Below the pieces are notes generated by a model, which worked only from the letters and a program-made list of their open reading frames with translations, was not told where the DNA came from and made no database searches. A stretch of DNA of 64,000 nt. It comes from Chrysomallon squamiferum (lineage: Eukaryota; Animalia; Mollusca). Made by a program: the position numbers and the translations under genes. The first letter of the stretch is position 1; each line of letters starts with the position of its first letter. Positions 29,025 through 41,250 of this stretch are shown one piece after another. The stretch lies in the NCBI GenBank assembly GCA_012295275.1, contig CM022675.1:15934001-15998000 (forward strand), in the 5' to 3' direction.

Positions 29025-29280
29025 TATAACGTTATTACTTTATAAAATACGTTGTGACAACGTAACTATCAAAATGGTATTGTTACGTTATTAAGAAACG
29101 TTGTGACAACGTAACTACAAGAAGGTTATTATTACGTTATTAAAATACGTTGCGATAACGTAACTATAAAAGGTTATTATTACTTTATTAAGATACATTG
29201 TGACAATATATCTTTAAAAAGGTTATTATTACGTTATTAAAATACATTGTGACAAGGTAACTATAAGATTATTAAAACGT
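29025..29280. repeat. ~60-bp degenerate tandem repeat, ~4 copies (inverted counterpart at ~34430-34560 and 34690-34735)
   Basis: gttattattacgttattaaaatacgttgtgacaacgtaactat recurs about every 60 bp. Confidence 0.8.
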
Positions 29281-30635
29281 GAAATTACTTCATCATAATG
29301 AGATTATGACTTCATTATTATGTGATAAAATTATGTTGTAACAACGTAATTATTTAGCCACACCTTTACGTAAATACGTAATAAAACTTAAATAATGATG
29401 ACTATATAGTAATGTCACGTGTATATACGTATACATATTAAATTAGTAGGTTTAATAAAACAAAACACAAAACACTTCAGTGTAATTCTAACAAACTATT
29501 GCTGTAATATTTAAATAAAAATATGTATTTCTGTTAATATTAAATCCATACACACCTACAAGTCCTCATTTTAACGTATTACAACTTTGAAACTTACATA
29601 TTAGTTATCAAGTGACACCGTCTAAAATATTTATTGGCATACTATCATATCAAAAGTAATATTTTTTCCACAACAGTTGCATCAAGGTTAAACAAACAGA
29701 CCAGTGAATGTGTACTGACCAAGGCTGTTTAATAGACAAGGGTCAGGCAGGTGTGATACATAAACAACTTGGTCAGCAACAACTTCATCTGTTTCAGTTT
29801 AATACACTACTGCCAGGTGACATTACATAATCTGACTGGTTTCCGTCGTAATTATAACTTAATATTAGGTTTATATCGGTCAATAGTGCAGAAATAGTTT
29901 TATTTATTTGTTTTGTTTTATTAATTTATTTGCAATAACCATACAATAAATCATTAGAATCAGACGGTGTTATCGATCAATTAATTTTAGTTTCGTTATA
30001 AGAGATAACACGGAATACAAAATTAACTGTCAAGCTGGCGCCTGTCAGGCTACTTGGGAGGTTGTAGAACAGACACGTGATTTCTGACAGCTTTACACTC
30101 ACCATATTACTTTACTAAATTTATTGACAATTTTCTGAATTACAGATACCATATTAAATTGAACAGCATGAATACGTCGATATATGGCTAGATAATTTGT
30201 ACTCGTAGACATATAAGGTAAGTACAAAAAAAAAAAAAAAAAAAAAAAAGAAAAATGAGTACACAGTAAGTAACCAATCAGAAGTTAGCTTTCTTTCAGT
30301 TTGTTCTTGCACCTGTTAAACCGTGTTTCTGACCACAGATGTTTATTTTCATCATAAAACCAAGATATAAAATAGTTTTATACAGTAGAAAATTAATTAG
30401 TTTCACACGGCTGAATTATTATCTTTGAAGCTGATAAATGTCAGACTTCCCTGGTGGTAAATAAAATCAGTACGTGCTTTGACGCATTTTTGCACTCACC
30501 ATGTTTTATTACTAAATTTAAAGAATTTTTTTTGAATTATGATAAAAAAAGATTAAATCCAAGATGAACTGAATGATCTCGAGTGTAGATATTTGCAGTA
30601 ATCAATTAATTGATACTTAACTGTTATGGTGTACC

Positions 30636-33431
30636 AATCCGGGACAGACATAAGACCCCAAGGACAGAATCCTCCAGCAGAAATTCAAGGAAAGACAATC
30701 CCTTCCGTGAAAAAATCCAGTGTATGACAAAAGTCCCACTGAGATAATAACAAAATATACAAACGCTCAATATTAAACAGTGATAGAATTTTGTTTTTTA
30801 ATACTCTACCACTGTTTAATATTTTCACTAGTATCTAATTATCAAAATCAAGGAATTTATTTAATTAGTTATTCAGTCAAGGTTTAATAGCTGACTCACT
30901 GACGTTTGATAATATTCTACAAACAAAAGTCCCCGCCCAGGACAAAAGTCTTTTTTTAACGAAGTTTAACTTAAGATATACTTAGAATATAGCACTGATA
31001 TTTTATATCTGGTCAAATAATAAAAGACTACAAAGCTTAATTAGCAGTACTCATTAAAAAATAATAATAGTATTCTGTTATCTTGAAAATCACCCATAAA
31101 TTTTAATATTGAAACCGAATGAAAACTGATACAAAGAACAGATTTATTTGTAACTGTTAGTCAGTGATTTGAGTATATTATAGTTTACTCAAACGAACAT
31201 TCACATAATAAGTAATCATAAAGAATCATGCATTATTTAGTTCTAAATAATTTTTTTGTTTTTTGTTAATAGTTATTATATTATATATATTTCATGTTGT
31301 GTTATGTTAAATAATTACGTTATTTATTATCACAAAGGAAAACTGCTAAAAACATAGACGCATACACACAAGCTCACTAAGAAATATACAATGACATTTA
31401 GATAAATCCATTTGAAAATGGATTTATGTATATGCGTGTATGTATTAGAGTAACTGTGTGTGAATGTTGATGTATGCTTATCTTAGTGTATGTACAGACT
31501 TGTCAACTTACCATAATGTTTCAGTCGGTCGTAAGTTGAACTGTATGTAAGTGGGACATTTAAATTTATAGAATCCATATTACTGTTTGTATAGTAATGT
31601 AAGTCAAAATTGTATATGTATGTACTATTCAGAAAATCCATTAATTAGTTTAAATCAAATACAATCCATATTTCAGTATATTTAATAAGTCACAGATATA
31701 TAACAAAATATGGGTTTGTAGAGTATTGAATGTGGCATCATAGTATGTATGGGGTAAATGTTAAGCTTACTGATTAGGTCAATTAGGCTAGATTGAAGAA
31801 AGAGGCTTCATATTGTCCAGGGGTGATGCTTGGGTTTAGCTTATTGATTAGGAAAGATTTAAACTAAGGGAATCCTACTGTAAATGATGTATAAAATGTC
31901 CCAGGTTAAAATGTGTTTAATTATATATTCTTCAGCTTGCTCTCGTATCAGAAGTATGTTTCATATGGACATTATTCATAGCAATAAGGGTGGTAACAAA
32001 ATTTGTTATTAGGGGTTCATGTATACTCGTAAAACAAAGTTGTGGTGGAAAGGCGTCAAACGATCTAGTGTTAATTGTCGAGGTTCTATAACAGACTTAC
32101 AGAGGGAGCACCCAGAAGCAGTTCAACCCACAACCATGCTGCAGATCAATCCGTCTTGCAAAAAATACGCAGTTTAACGAAAGATCAAGCTGCCAGGACC
32201 CGGGACAAGCCAGGCCAGATCTTTGCCCATAGTGTGAGTCAATGTGACGATGATGTATGTGCACTTCTATCTTCTGCTAGTATCTGCAAGCGAAATCTTC
32301 GCAACCAACACCCAAAACCATCTGTTTCGCATCTGCTAGAAGATTTAGGTGGTCTTCCCGCTGAGTTCACGCAGGCAGTTGGCCCAAACCCCGAGCAGTT
32401 TCTAATCTTGTTGCTCCCGACACCTCTACATGGATACTAACTTCCCCATGGCTCCAAAAGTCTTCAAGCAACTGTATATCATCTGTGTGCCCTTTGGTGA
32501 TATTACCACTGTTTACACTCTTCTTCTGAGCCACTTACGAAGAACTGTTTCAAACTGTAGTGGACAAGTATGCAGAACCAGACTAAGACCTGAATATACA
32601 AACCATAGTGAGCACTTTGAAAATGGTTTACTACGAACTGTCTTTGGTTGTGATGTTACAAATAAAGGTTGTTTCTATCATCTTAGGCTATGCACCTGGT
32701 GTAAGATTCAGACTTAGGCTTGGGTCCATATTACATGGTGACTTTTGCCTGTTTTGTGGTATGATGGATGCTCTTGCCTTGTTGCCATTAGATGACATTG
32801 AGGAGGGTATGGAACACCTAACAGCTGTCGTGCCATAAGATCCACCTGAAGCTGAGGACTTAATTACGTACTTTGATTGTATGTACATCAGTGGTTCTTT
32901 CCGACAGACTCAGCAGACAGGCCCGGTACTCAGCTCAGATTGTTCCACCAATGTTTGCTCCTGTCCTGTGCAACATTCACGACCAATAACAATAATCCTT
33001 GTACGAACAACTTATATGAAGGTTGGAACAACATGTTCTTGTGAGCTACTACCACCAATCAACCTGGTGAGTTACTGAATGGTTTTAATGTCAGCAGGCC
33101 ACAGTGAGCACCATCATCCAGCAGGATGCAGTTGATAAACCACATCGAATCCAGGCTCGTCAATGCTACGTTCAGCAGCAAGAGAGGCTTCGCAACTTGC
33201 GTGTCGATCACATTGAGGACCGCGGGACTGTGGCAGAATTTCCTCATGGTATTGGGTGGAAAATCCGTCTAAATCACCACATTAAAATCAAAGAACATTA
33301 ACAAAAAACTCTGACAAAATGTGTTTAATCTATCTTTCATTGCTAATATATTTCTTAATAAAATGTTTTAATTTTTTTCCTGTGCTTTTTTTTTCTCTGA
33401 GTTTTTTCCTGTCACTTTTCTCCTAGATTCG
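30636..33431 (+). mobile_element. Decayed Mutator-like (MULE) DNA transposon with FLYWCH zinc finger and MULE transposase
   Basis: From ATG 31965: MDIIHSNKGGNKICY*GFMYTRK..LWWK..KRSSVNCRGSI...HNHA (FLYWCH). Then MDTNFPMAPKVFKQLYII...VYTLL, KGCFYHL..CTWCKIQT*GL, FCGMMDALALLPLDDIEEGMEHL, LITYFD.MYISG and TNN...EGWNN (MULE transposase), with many stops and frameshifts. ggacaaaa/gacagaatcc-type subterminal repeats at 30641-30740 and tcctagattc at 33421 suggest eroded termini; boundaries are approximate. Confidence 0.88.
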
Positions 33432-34557
33432 TTTAATACATGCTACTTTCTTTGTTTATTAAACTTCATAACACTCTTTAACATCAGTCGGTCTTAAGTC
33501 AACTATTCTGTGTATACATTTCTTGTTTATCTGTACGTGGAAAATGTGTGTGTTTATCTGTGTGGATAATAACTATATATATATATATTTAATTAATTTC
33601 CCAGGACCAGGACAGTATTCTAATGAATCATGTTAAAATCATCACATGACTGAGAGTTGGTTTTTATCTAATTCAGGCTGCGTTTTAGCAAAATCAAATA
33701 CTAGAAACACTTTACCCAAATAAGACGAACTTTGTGGGCTGATAGAAAATTTTGGATTGGATTAAAACGTTATAAACAAATTGTTTGGACTGACATTTTC
33801 AGTGGTGAGTTACAGATTATTTCGTTACGAAGAACTGATTAGTTTTTTAAAAATGAAATAAAAAATTTAATTTTATTTTGGTTATTTGATGATTTGTTCT
33901 TTCTTTTTTTTACCTTTCTTGTTTTCTTCTATGATTTCTTGCGACTGTTATTGGGAAAATATTATTTTTGATGTGGTAGTAAAACAATCATTATTTATAG
34001 TAACAGGTAATCTTGATAATTGTAAGTTTCAGAGTTGTAATAAGTTAAAACGACGACGTAAAGGTGTGTATGGATTTAATATTAATAGAGATACATATTT
34101 TAATTTAAATATTATTTCTGTTGTAGTTTGTTATCGCTACGTTAAAACAGATTCAGAAGTGTTTTGTGTTTTGTTTTATTAAACATACTAATTTTAAATG
34201 TATATGTCCATACACAGTTAACAGAATATTCTGAGTGATGACTTCGATTATGGGTTTTTATCTCGGTTCCCAGTGTGACTAAATTTGGAGTAAGTTATCA
34301 GTATATAGTCATTTATTTAATTTGTATAACGATGCAGTTACGTAAATGTCTGGATGCATTATTACGTTGTTACTACATAATTATATAACATGATAATAAA
34401 ATTATAATTTCAATGTGATGAAGTATTTCCATAACGTAATAATAATTTTATATAATTTTGTTGACAGAACGTGTTTTAATAATGTAAAAATATTCTTTTT
34501 GTAGTTACGTAGTCGCCAAGTCTGTTAATAAAGTAATAATAACATTTTTATAGTTAC

Positions 34558-35092
34558 GTTATTTGTTAAATTATCATACGTAAACATTATATTTATTATT
34601 TGTTAAATTGTCATACTTAAACACTTTATTATTATTATTTGTTAAATTATCATAAGTGAACATTATATTTATCATTTGTTAAATTATCATAGTTATGTTG
34701 TCATAACGTATTTTAATAAAGTAATAACGTTATCCAGGTAAAATTGGGTTAACTTGTGTTTCGATATATATACATAAATATTATATTTATTATTTGTTAA
34801 ATTACCAAACGTAAACATTATATTTATGATTTATTCAATTATCATACTTAAACATTATACTTTTTATTTGTTAAATTATATTTAAACATTACGTTTATTA
34901 TTTGTTAAATTATTATACGTAAACATTATATTTATTATTTGTTAAATTATCATACGTAAACATATTTATTATTTCTTAAATTATCATATTTAAACATTAT
35001 ATTTATTATTTGTTCAGTTATCTTACGTAAAGATTATATTTATTATTTGTTAAATTATCACACTTCAAAATTTTATTATATTTTGTTAAATA
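34558..35092. repeat. 37-bp AT-rich minisatellite, ~12-13 copies (right arm only)
   Basis: Unit atttgttaaattatcatacgtaaacattatatttatt, with starts at 34561, 34598 etc.; interrupted once at ~34690-34775. Confidence 0.9.
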
Positions 35093-36383
35093 ATAATATT
35101 TTAAAACAAGATGAATAATAAGAAGAATTTAAAATAAAAACGTTAACTAGAATAATAAAATAGCCCCAAATTATGTATTTATTAAAAGTAATGTCAGTAA
35201 ATATAGAATGCGTATAGTGTATAACCCAGGTCTGGGACACTTCTTAAATTTATCCTTACCTGCTTAGGCAAGCACTTAATCATCCAAAGATACAATATTT
35301 GTTACACTTGGGCGTTTTACGAAAACCGGTACACGAAAACTACTAATATGTCATGGAAACACTGCTGGTACGACTAATTCATTACACAGAATATGGAAGA
35401 TTTACTTCTTGTTTATTCTATAGGATATTTTATTATTACAACTTTTGGAAAGAGTGCTGATCGTGTCCCTTCCCACAAATGTTTACTTAATTCATGAATA
35501 AGTTGCCCTACAAAGCCAAGCCCCACTTTCCATAAAACCACATCATAACACTTATTCTTGATAAGTTTGAGTACAAAATATAACAAATGTCAATAGCGTT
35601 ACATTCACAAAACCATCATACCTGTCATACTTTCTGTTAGAGGACAAAGCAAATGACAGTTATTGGCAATGAAAAATGCTTTTGTTACAAAATGCCATAA
35701 GGACCATTTTAGTTTGTGCCAGTAATTCTATCGCATTTTATTACAACATTCTTCAAATAGTCGTATAATCCAAAACTTCAAAACTACTCTGAACCATGGA
35801 AAAAAGACATCGACATATTGACAGAAACATTTTATGGACAAAAAGAACATGAACTATAGAATTACGTCACAATATTTCACACTGATAAAATAAAATAAAT
35901 AATTCTTAGATAATACTTTTACACATTTTAATATTTCAAATAATATTTAAGAATATTTTAAGTGATCAAGATATTGAATTCAGTAGTATACTCTACTTTT
36001 AACATTTAAAATATTTTCACATACATATTTCCAAATAAACTGAAACTGCTACAGAAGATATTTTGTTAAATAGATATATATTTCTAGTTGTTCTCATAAT
36101 TCACACAGAACAGTTTATTCCTATACTGAAATATGTTTTGCAATTAAGTTTCTTTTATTATTGACAAAACATATAGCAAAAAGAAAACAATTCTTCTAAT
36201 GCTAAATGTATAGAAAACATCGCAAACAGAAATTTGTAATTATAAAGAAATATTTGTATAATACAAAGTGAAAAATATTTAGAAAAAGAAAAAAAAAGAG
36301 GAAAATGAAAAGTACATTTGTTTCTTGAACACTTGTTTTAATTATAGTATTCTTTTATAAATAAATATAACAGACAGTGCATG

Positions 36384-36503
36384 ACACAAGAAATACGTCA
36401 TATCTTTTTAATCTTAGTAACATCTGCCACACGTGAACAGGGTGAAAACGTGACTTTTTACAAAAATTAATTAAAATATAGAACATCGTCTGGTTATAAA
36501 TAA
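36384..36503 (+). promoter_or_regulatory. Proximal promoter of copy B (mirrored at ~25765-25890 for copy A)
   Basis: TATAAATA at ~36496, ~64 nt upstream of the ATG; E-box CACGTG at ~36430; CRE-like TACGTCA at ~36394. All three motifs are retained in both arms. Confidence 0.6.
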
Positions 36504-36559
36504 AGGAAACATTTCTCTGTAGACATCAGAGATCTGAGAAGATGAGAACTGTTGTAAAA

Positions 36560-37181
36560 ATGACTTTACTTCACGTTTTTCTTATCTGCTTGCTGCTGCA
36601 GGTGTCACTTGGAATCAGTAAGTATTCTACATATTTATATTCAAAACACCTTTGTTACTTTTAATTATGGGTACATGTATATTGTATTTTGTGTACATTG
36701 TCAACCAGTGTATTTATCCTTGGCTCCTTCTTTCGCTCCATTTGTATGAATGCTTCTATGAATGTGTGTGTGTATTTGTGTGTGTGTGTGTGTGAGTGTT
36801 ACTAAGTCAAATATATACAAACACCGTTAGGTACGCACATAATTAATCGAACACGACATATACAAAGAAAAAAAGACTGATGTTTATTTTTTATATCTGA
36901 TTTGAAACAGGGTGCTTAAACGGTGGAACAAAACGCAGAAATAAATGTATATGTACTGACGAGTATTATGGAAGAACCTGTAAGAACAGTAAGTATATAT
37001 TTTTAATTATTATTAATTTTATATAATAAACCTTCAGGAAAAATAAAATTTAGCTAAGAGTAAATATTTACCAAATATTAAACATACATCATAAAAACAC
37101 AGTGCAGGCAATAAATAGAATTAGTTTGAAATTCACGGATAAAGCAAATAACAATAAAACTATGACATATAAATAAATAAG

Positions 37182-37213
<32 letters not shown>

Positions 37214-38100
37214 AGTAATAAAAATTGTTTTTCTTAAGGCAAAAACAATGTATTTGTACCTAGGAATAGTTTCTAAACGATAAATGTTTGAAATAAGGGA
37301 TTTTTAATTACTTTATGTCATATCTTGTTAAATTGCGTTGTTATGTAATACATGTCGTCATGTTACATACAACATTATGTATTAGGCCTATATTATATTC
37401 TTTTTTCACCTTTCATTATTAGGCTGTAACGATGGAGCACGGGACGAGGGTAAAGAGGTCTTTAAAGACATATGTAATAAATATCCAGCTGTCCGCTACT
37501 ACTGCCCGAAATCTTGTGGATATTGTCTATGTAAGTCTACTTTAAGTTGTCGTAGAAATTACCTTTATTTTGAGAGGGTATGTACAGAATGATAGGAAAA
37601 GAAAATAACAATAGAAAATAATTAATTTGAGTTACCATTGTGTTAGCAATATATTTATTATTTTTGTTGTCAGCTATTGAGAAATCAGTAAATAATTATT
37701 AGAAAACAATTATATAAAAAGACGATGATGAATACGATAATAGGAGGATTACGACAATGATGATGATAACGTGTATTATAATAATAACTTAGAATAACAT
37801 GACACTGACAGTTGAAACTAAAACAACAATAATAACAGTAACATTAATAACAACAACAACTTAATAAAAAATAATAATAACAACACAAATAACTACAACA
37901 ACATACTACTACTAATAACAATAATTATAATATTTTGTTTTGCAGCACTGTATGGATGCTTTGACAGAAACTACTGGGTCTGTGGTACACTGAACCAACG
38001 AAGTCTCATATTCGGAACTGCTAAATTTTGCGCAGCACATCCTAAAGACTGCAAATCAATTTGTCCATGTAATACGACTTTATTATTTCTTCAGTATTAA
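36560..38100 (+). CDS. Small secreted Cys-rich protein (signal peptide + EGF-like + two ShK-like modules), copy B, 132 aa
   Basis: Exons 36560-36617, 36911-36988, 37423-37530 (SCNDGARDEGKEVFKDICNKYPAVRYYCPKSCGYCL) and 37946-38100 (...WVCGTLNQ...LQY*). All GT-AG, phase 1 and open. An extra in-frame ATG at 36542 is ACG in copy A. Confidence 0.88.
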
Positions 38101-39961
38101 TGTTCTCTTATTAATTTGTAGATTGCATTATATTTATGCAGTAGTGTAGCTTTGTTACTATTATTAATTTATTGCTTATTTTATTTTTAAAATTACTCTA
38201 AATTTATAAAATCTGGTTTAATATAATTTAGCAAAGAAAAAAATGTTTCTTTCTTTTTTGTTTCTTGTTTTTCTTTTCTGAAAAGAATATTAAAAAAATA
38301 GTAATAATAACAATAAGAGGATGGATGAGAGTTGATCCTGATAAACATTGCTTTTCTAGTTATCTATGACTAACTAAATTCAAACGAATTATAATATGAA
38401 AGACATTTGTAGCATTTATAATCAAGTATAAATTTCCAAATGTTGCAGATGTTCACATTTGTGTAATATAAATCATATTTTATTTTCCAGAATTCAAGAA
38501 TTCTGAACATGAAACTAGCGGTGTAGAATATCACTGCTCCTTTCAAGAAAATAAATAATCTTAACAGCTGTACTCTTGTTATTTATTTTATCGTATTTAT
38601 AACATACATACTTTCTCTCTTTTTCTTACATATTCTATAAATCGTTAATACAAATATAGTATTTACACATACACATACACATACTCACAAACACAAGTCA
38701 TAAAATACACAAACTTAATCATTCCTACTGATTTTGAGATATTTATGCAATCAATGGATCTATTTTCACCACTGTTTGTTCCATTTCTGTATTACTAAAG
38801 TAACTACTGCATTGACATTAGGTCTCCAATTACTGCATTACTAATAACAGTTATAAGTAAATATTTTCTTCATATTTCTTTTTACAATCGTGTTGCTACT
38901 GGGACCTCTTCTTCATATAATTAATTTTACCTCTTATCATCATCATGTCTGTAGAGTGTTTCCTCTGAGCTGAAATTTATCAATTGGCCAGATCAGTGAT
39001 GTGTCCTCTTTTCAGCCATTTTCTATCCCAGCCACAGGTTTAGCGTGTTACGTGCCTTCCTGCAGTGTATTAGTGACTTACTGTCTGCTGCGGATTTCTC
39101 CTCACTTACTTGCACTAATTCAAACTTTTGTTTGCCCTTCTAAATTTAAATTGACTATCAACGCAGAAATGTTACAATATGGAAATGTTTAGGTCTGCTG
39201 AATTGCTAGGGAATCTAAACTTGAAAATGTTAAAGAGCAACAGTCATGAAAAAAATACATCTGATTATTGCTTGGTAACCACGAATCCTTAGAGGCAGAA
39301 AGCGGTAAGAACATCTACAACGACGTAACACAGAAATTAATAGCATCCGGAAAAGAATCGTTGATAATTGTTTTCTGTCCAATTTGTATTTTAAATATTC
39401 ACAAATGGTAAAAACCAACAGCGTACGCGAGAGCACCCCAAAGTTATTAAACAATATTAGATCACTCCATCAATTTCCAATCAATTTGGTAAGATGAAGA
39501 AATTATACATAGATCTTTATACTATGATTTCCTTTTAATTAAAAATATAATTAATGGCTTATGTATTTCAGACATATATATATATCTAAACAATATCTTA
39601 GCTTCATTTAGTGCTATATTCAATGAAAATGGATGCTAAAAACAGCAGATAAAGCAACTTTGTTCTTTTGTTCCTCCATAACCAAGTTTTAAAATCAATT
39701 CATGATATTAACAAAAAAAAAACAAGTGATTAGTTTAAGTTTATATACACAGTGAAGATACAAAACTAATCCACCTGTAAGCAGACGCCTTCTCTTGTAA
39801 CAAACCAATAATGTGTTAATTCAGCATACCACTTTGTGGTAGATTTTGGAAATTTTCCAGTATCACATGACACATTTTGAGTGAAAACATTTTTCTGATT
39901 TTGAATTAAAAAATTCTCTTGAAGTGAAGGATCAACAATATTAGTAATTTAATGTTATTAA

Positions 39962-40600
39962 TAGTGGTACCTCGAGTTACGAGTTCTCCAACTAACAAAT
40001 TTTTCGCTTTGAGTTGCGAGCCAAAATCCGAGTTTACTTCACGTGGTTACCTCGCCATGGAAGCATCTCTGTTGTGTTGTGCTTGCATGGATCCTAAGAA
40101 AGTGAGCGCTATAGACAGAGCTGAGGCGAAGAAGCGGATGATGTCCATTGAATTAAGACATGAAATCATAGAAACATAGAAAAACATGAGCGAGGTGTAT
40201 ATGTTATCAACATGGCTAGACAGTATGAGCGTTATACTTGTACGACATGTACCATACTGAAGCAGGAGTCGATAAAGGTTATAACTGCAGCCAAAGGCGT
40301 TAAAATAATTTCTAAGCTGCCGACCGCTGTCCCCGAAAAGATGTAGAAACCCTAACCCTGTACACTTTACAAAACCAATTTATTTCATTACATTCTGTTT
40401 TATTTTGTTTTTTTACAATATTTATCATTTATACATTTTTCTTATTCTTGTTACAAAAAATTGGGGTGGTTTTTTGGGGCTGGAACGGATTAATGCTATT
40501 TCAATTAATTTCAGTTGGGAAAACTGATTTGATATACGAGCAATTTGAGTTATGAGCTCGGTCACGGAACGAATTACACTCGGAAGTCAAGGTACCACTG
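39962..40600 (+). mobile_element. Non-autonomous Tigger/pogo (Tc1-mariner superfamily) internal-deletion derivative
   Basis: TIRs tagtggtacctcga (39962) and tcaaggtaccactg (ending 40600), the right one followed by TA. Internal relic MDPKKVS...KKRMMSIELRHEII../KHERGVYVINMARQYER...TILKQ..IK...AKGVKIISK corresponds to the CENP-B/HTH-psq N-terminus of Tigger transposases. No DDE domain. Confidence 0.88.
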
Positions 40601-41185
40601 TATATTTCTTTCATATTTACAGCATCTACCTCACATACTTCGTGGCTTATTCAAATTAACTGAAAAAGTCCTTCAGAATTTGTTTTATGAGAGCAGATAT
40701 TAATATTGTCATATTTTATTGTTATTTTTTTTTTTTTTAATTTTTTTTTTGTTCGTCGTTTCTGTGCTTTTTTATTTATGTATTTATTGTTGTTGTTATT
40801 ATTTATTTATTTTTTTTTTAATTTTTTTTTTTTCATTGTTGTTATTATTGTTCGTTTGTTTATTACAGTGAAATAAGAGCGGAATGCTGATGCCACCCTT
40901 TTATTGTCTACCACTTTTAACTAGAAGACGTTTATACGAACCTTCTCATAAAATATGCAGGAAACACCAGAACTTCGAAAAACTCCAGTGGCTTTAAAAT
41001 GTCAAACTGAACGTCGGTTGTAAGTGGCGCACTTTTATTAGGTCATAAAATAGTAAATTAACAGAGGTAAATAAATAAATAAATAATAGTTTAACAGAAT
41101 GTAATCAGTGGTGCCCCACTTAATGTTGCGCCCAGGGATCCTGTCAAACCTTAGTAACACTACTGTTAAAAACAGGCCAATACTG

Positions 41186-41187
<2 letters not shown>

Positions 41188-41247
<60 letters not shown>
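41188..41247. repeat. (CA)n microsatellite
   Basis: About 30 perfect CA units. Other microsatellites: (AAT)n ~1280-1395 and 6193-6236, (CA)n 7110-7147, poly-A 23401-23438. Confidence 0.95.

Positions 41248-41250
<3 letters not shown>

Larger units (their letters stand above)
22957..29685 (-). repeat. Left arm of a large inverted (palindromic) duplication
   Basis: Its reverse complement aligns collinearly with 33938-39328, e.g. 23011-23110 vs 39170-39272, 24200-25760 vs 36510-38105, 26740-26900 vs 35385-35545, 27750-27868 vs 35142-35260, 29440-29685 vs 33938-34195. Confidence 0.93.
33938..39328 (+). repeat. Right arm of the large inverted duplication
   Basis: Collinear reverse-complement match to 22957-29685 (see left arm). 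Confidence 0.93.

Noticed and set aside
30095-30575. Degenerate direct repeat (cactcaccat...tactaaattta) about 400 bp apart
   Set aside because: Real but short and diverged; no evidence of function.
22957-39328. Inverted duplication as an assembly fold-back artefact
   Set aside because: The arms have substantial substitutions, arm-specific insertions and a unique 4.2-kb spacer.
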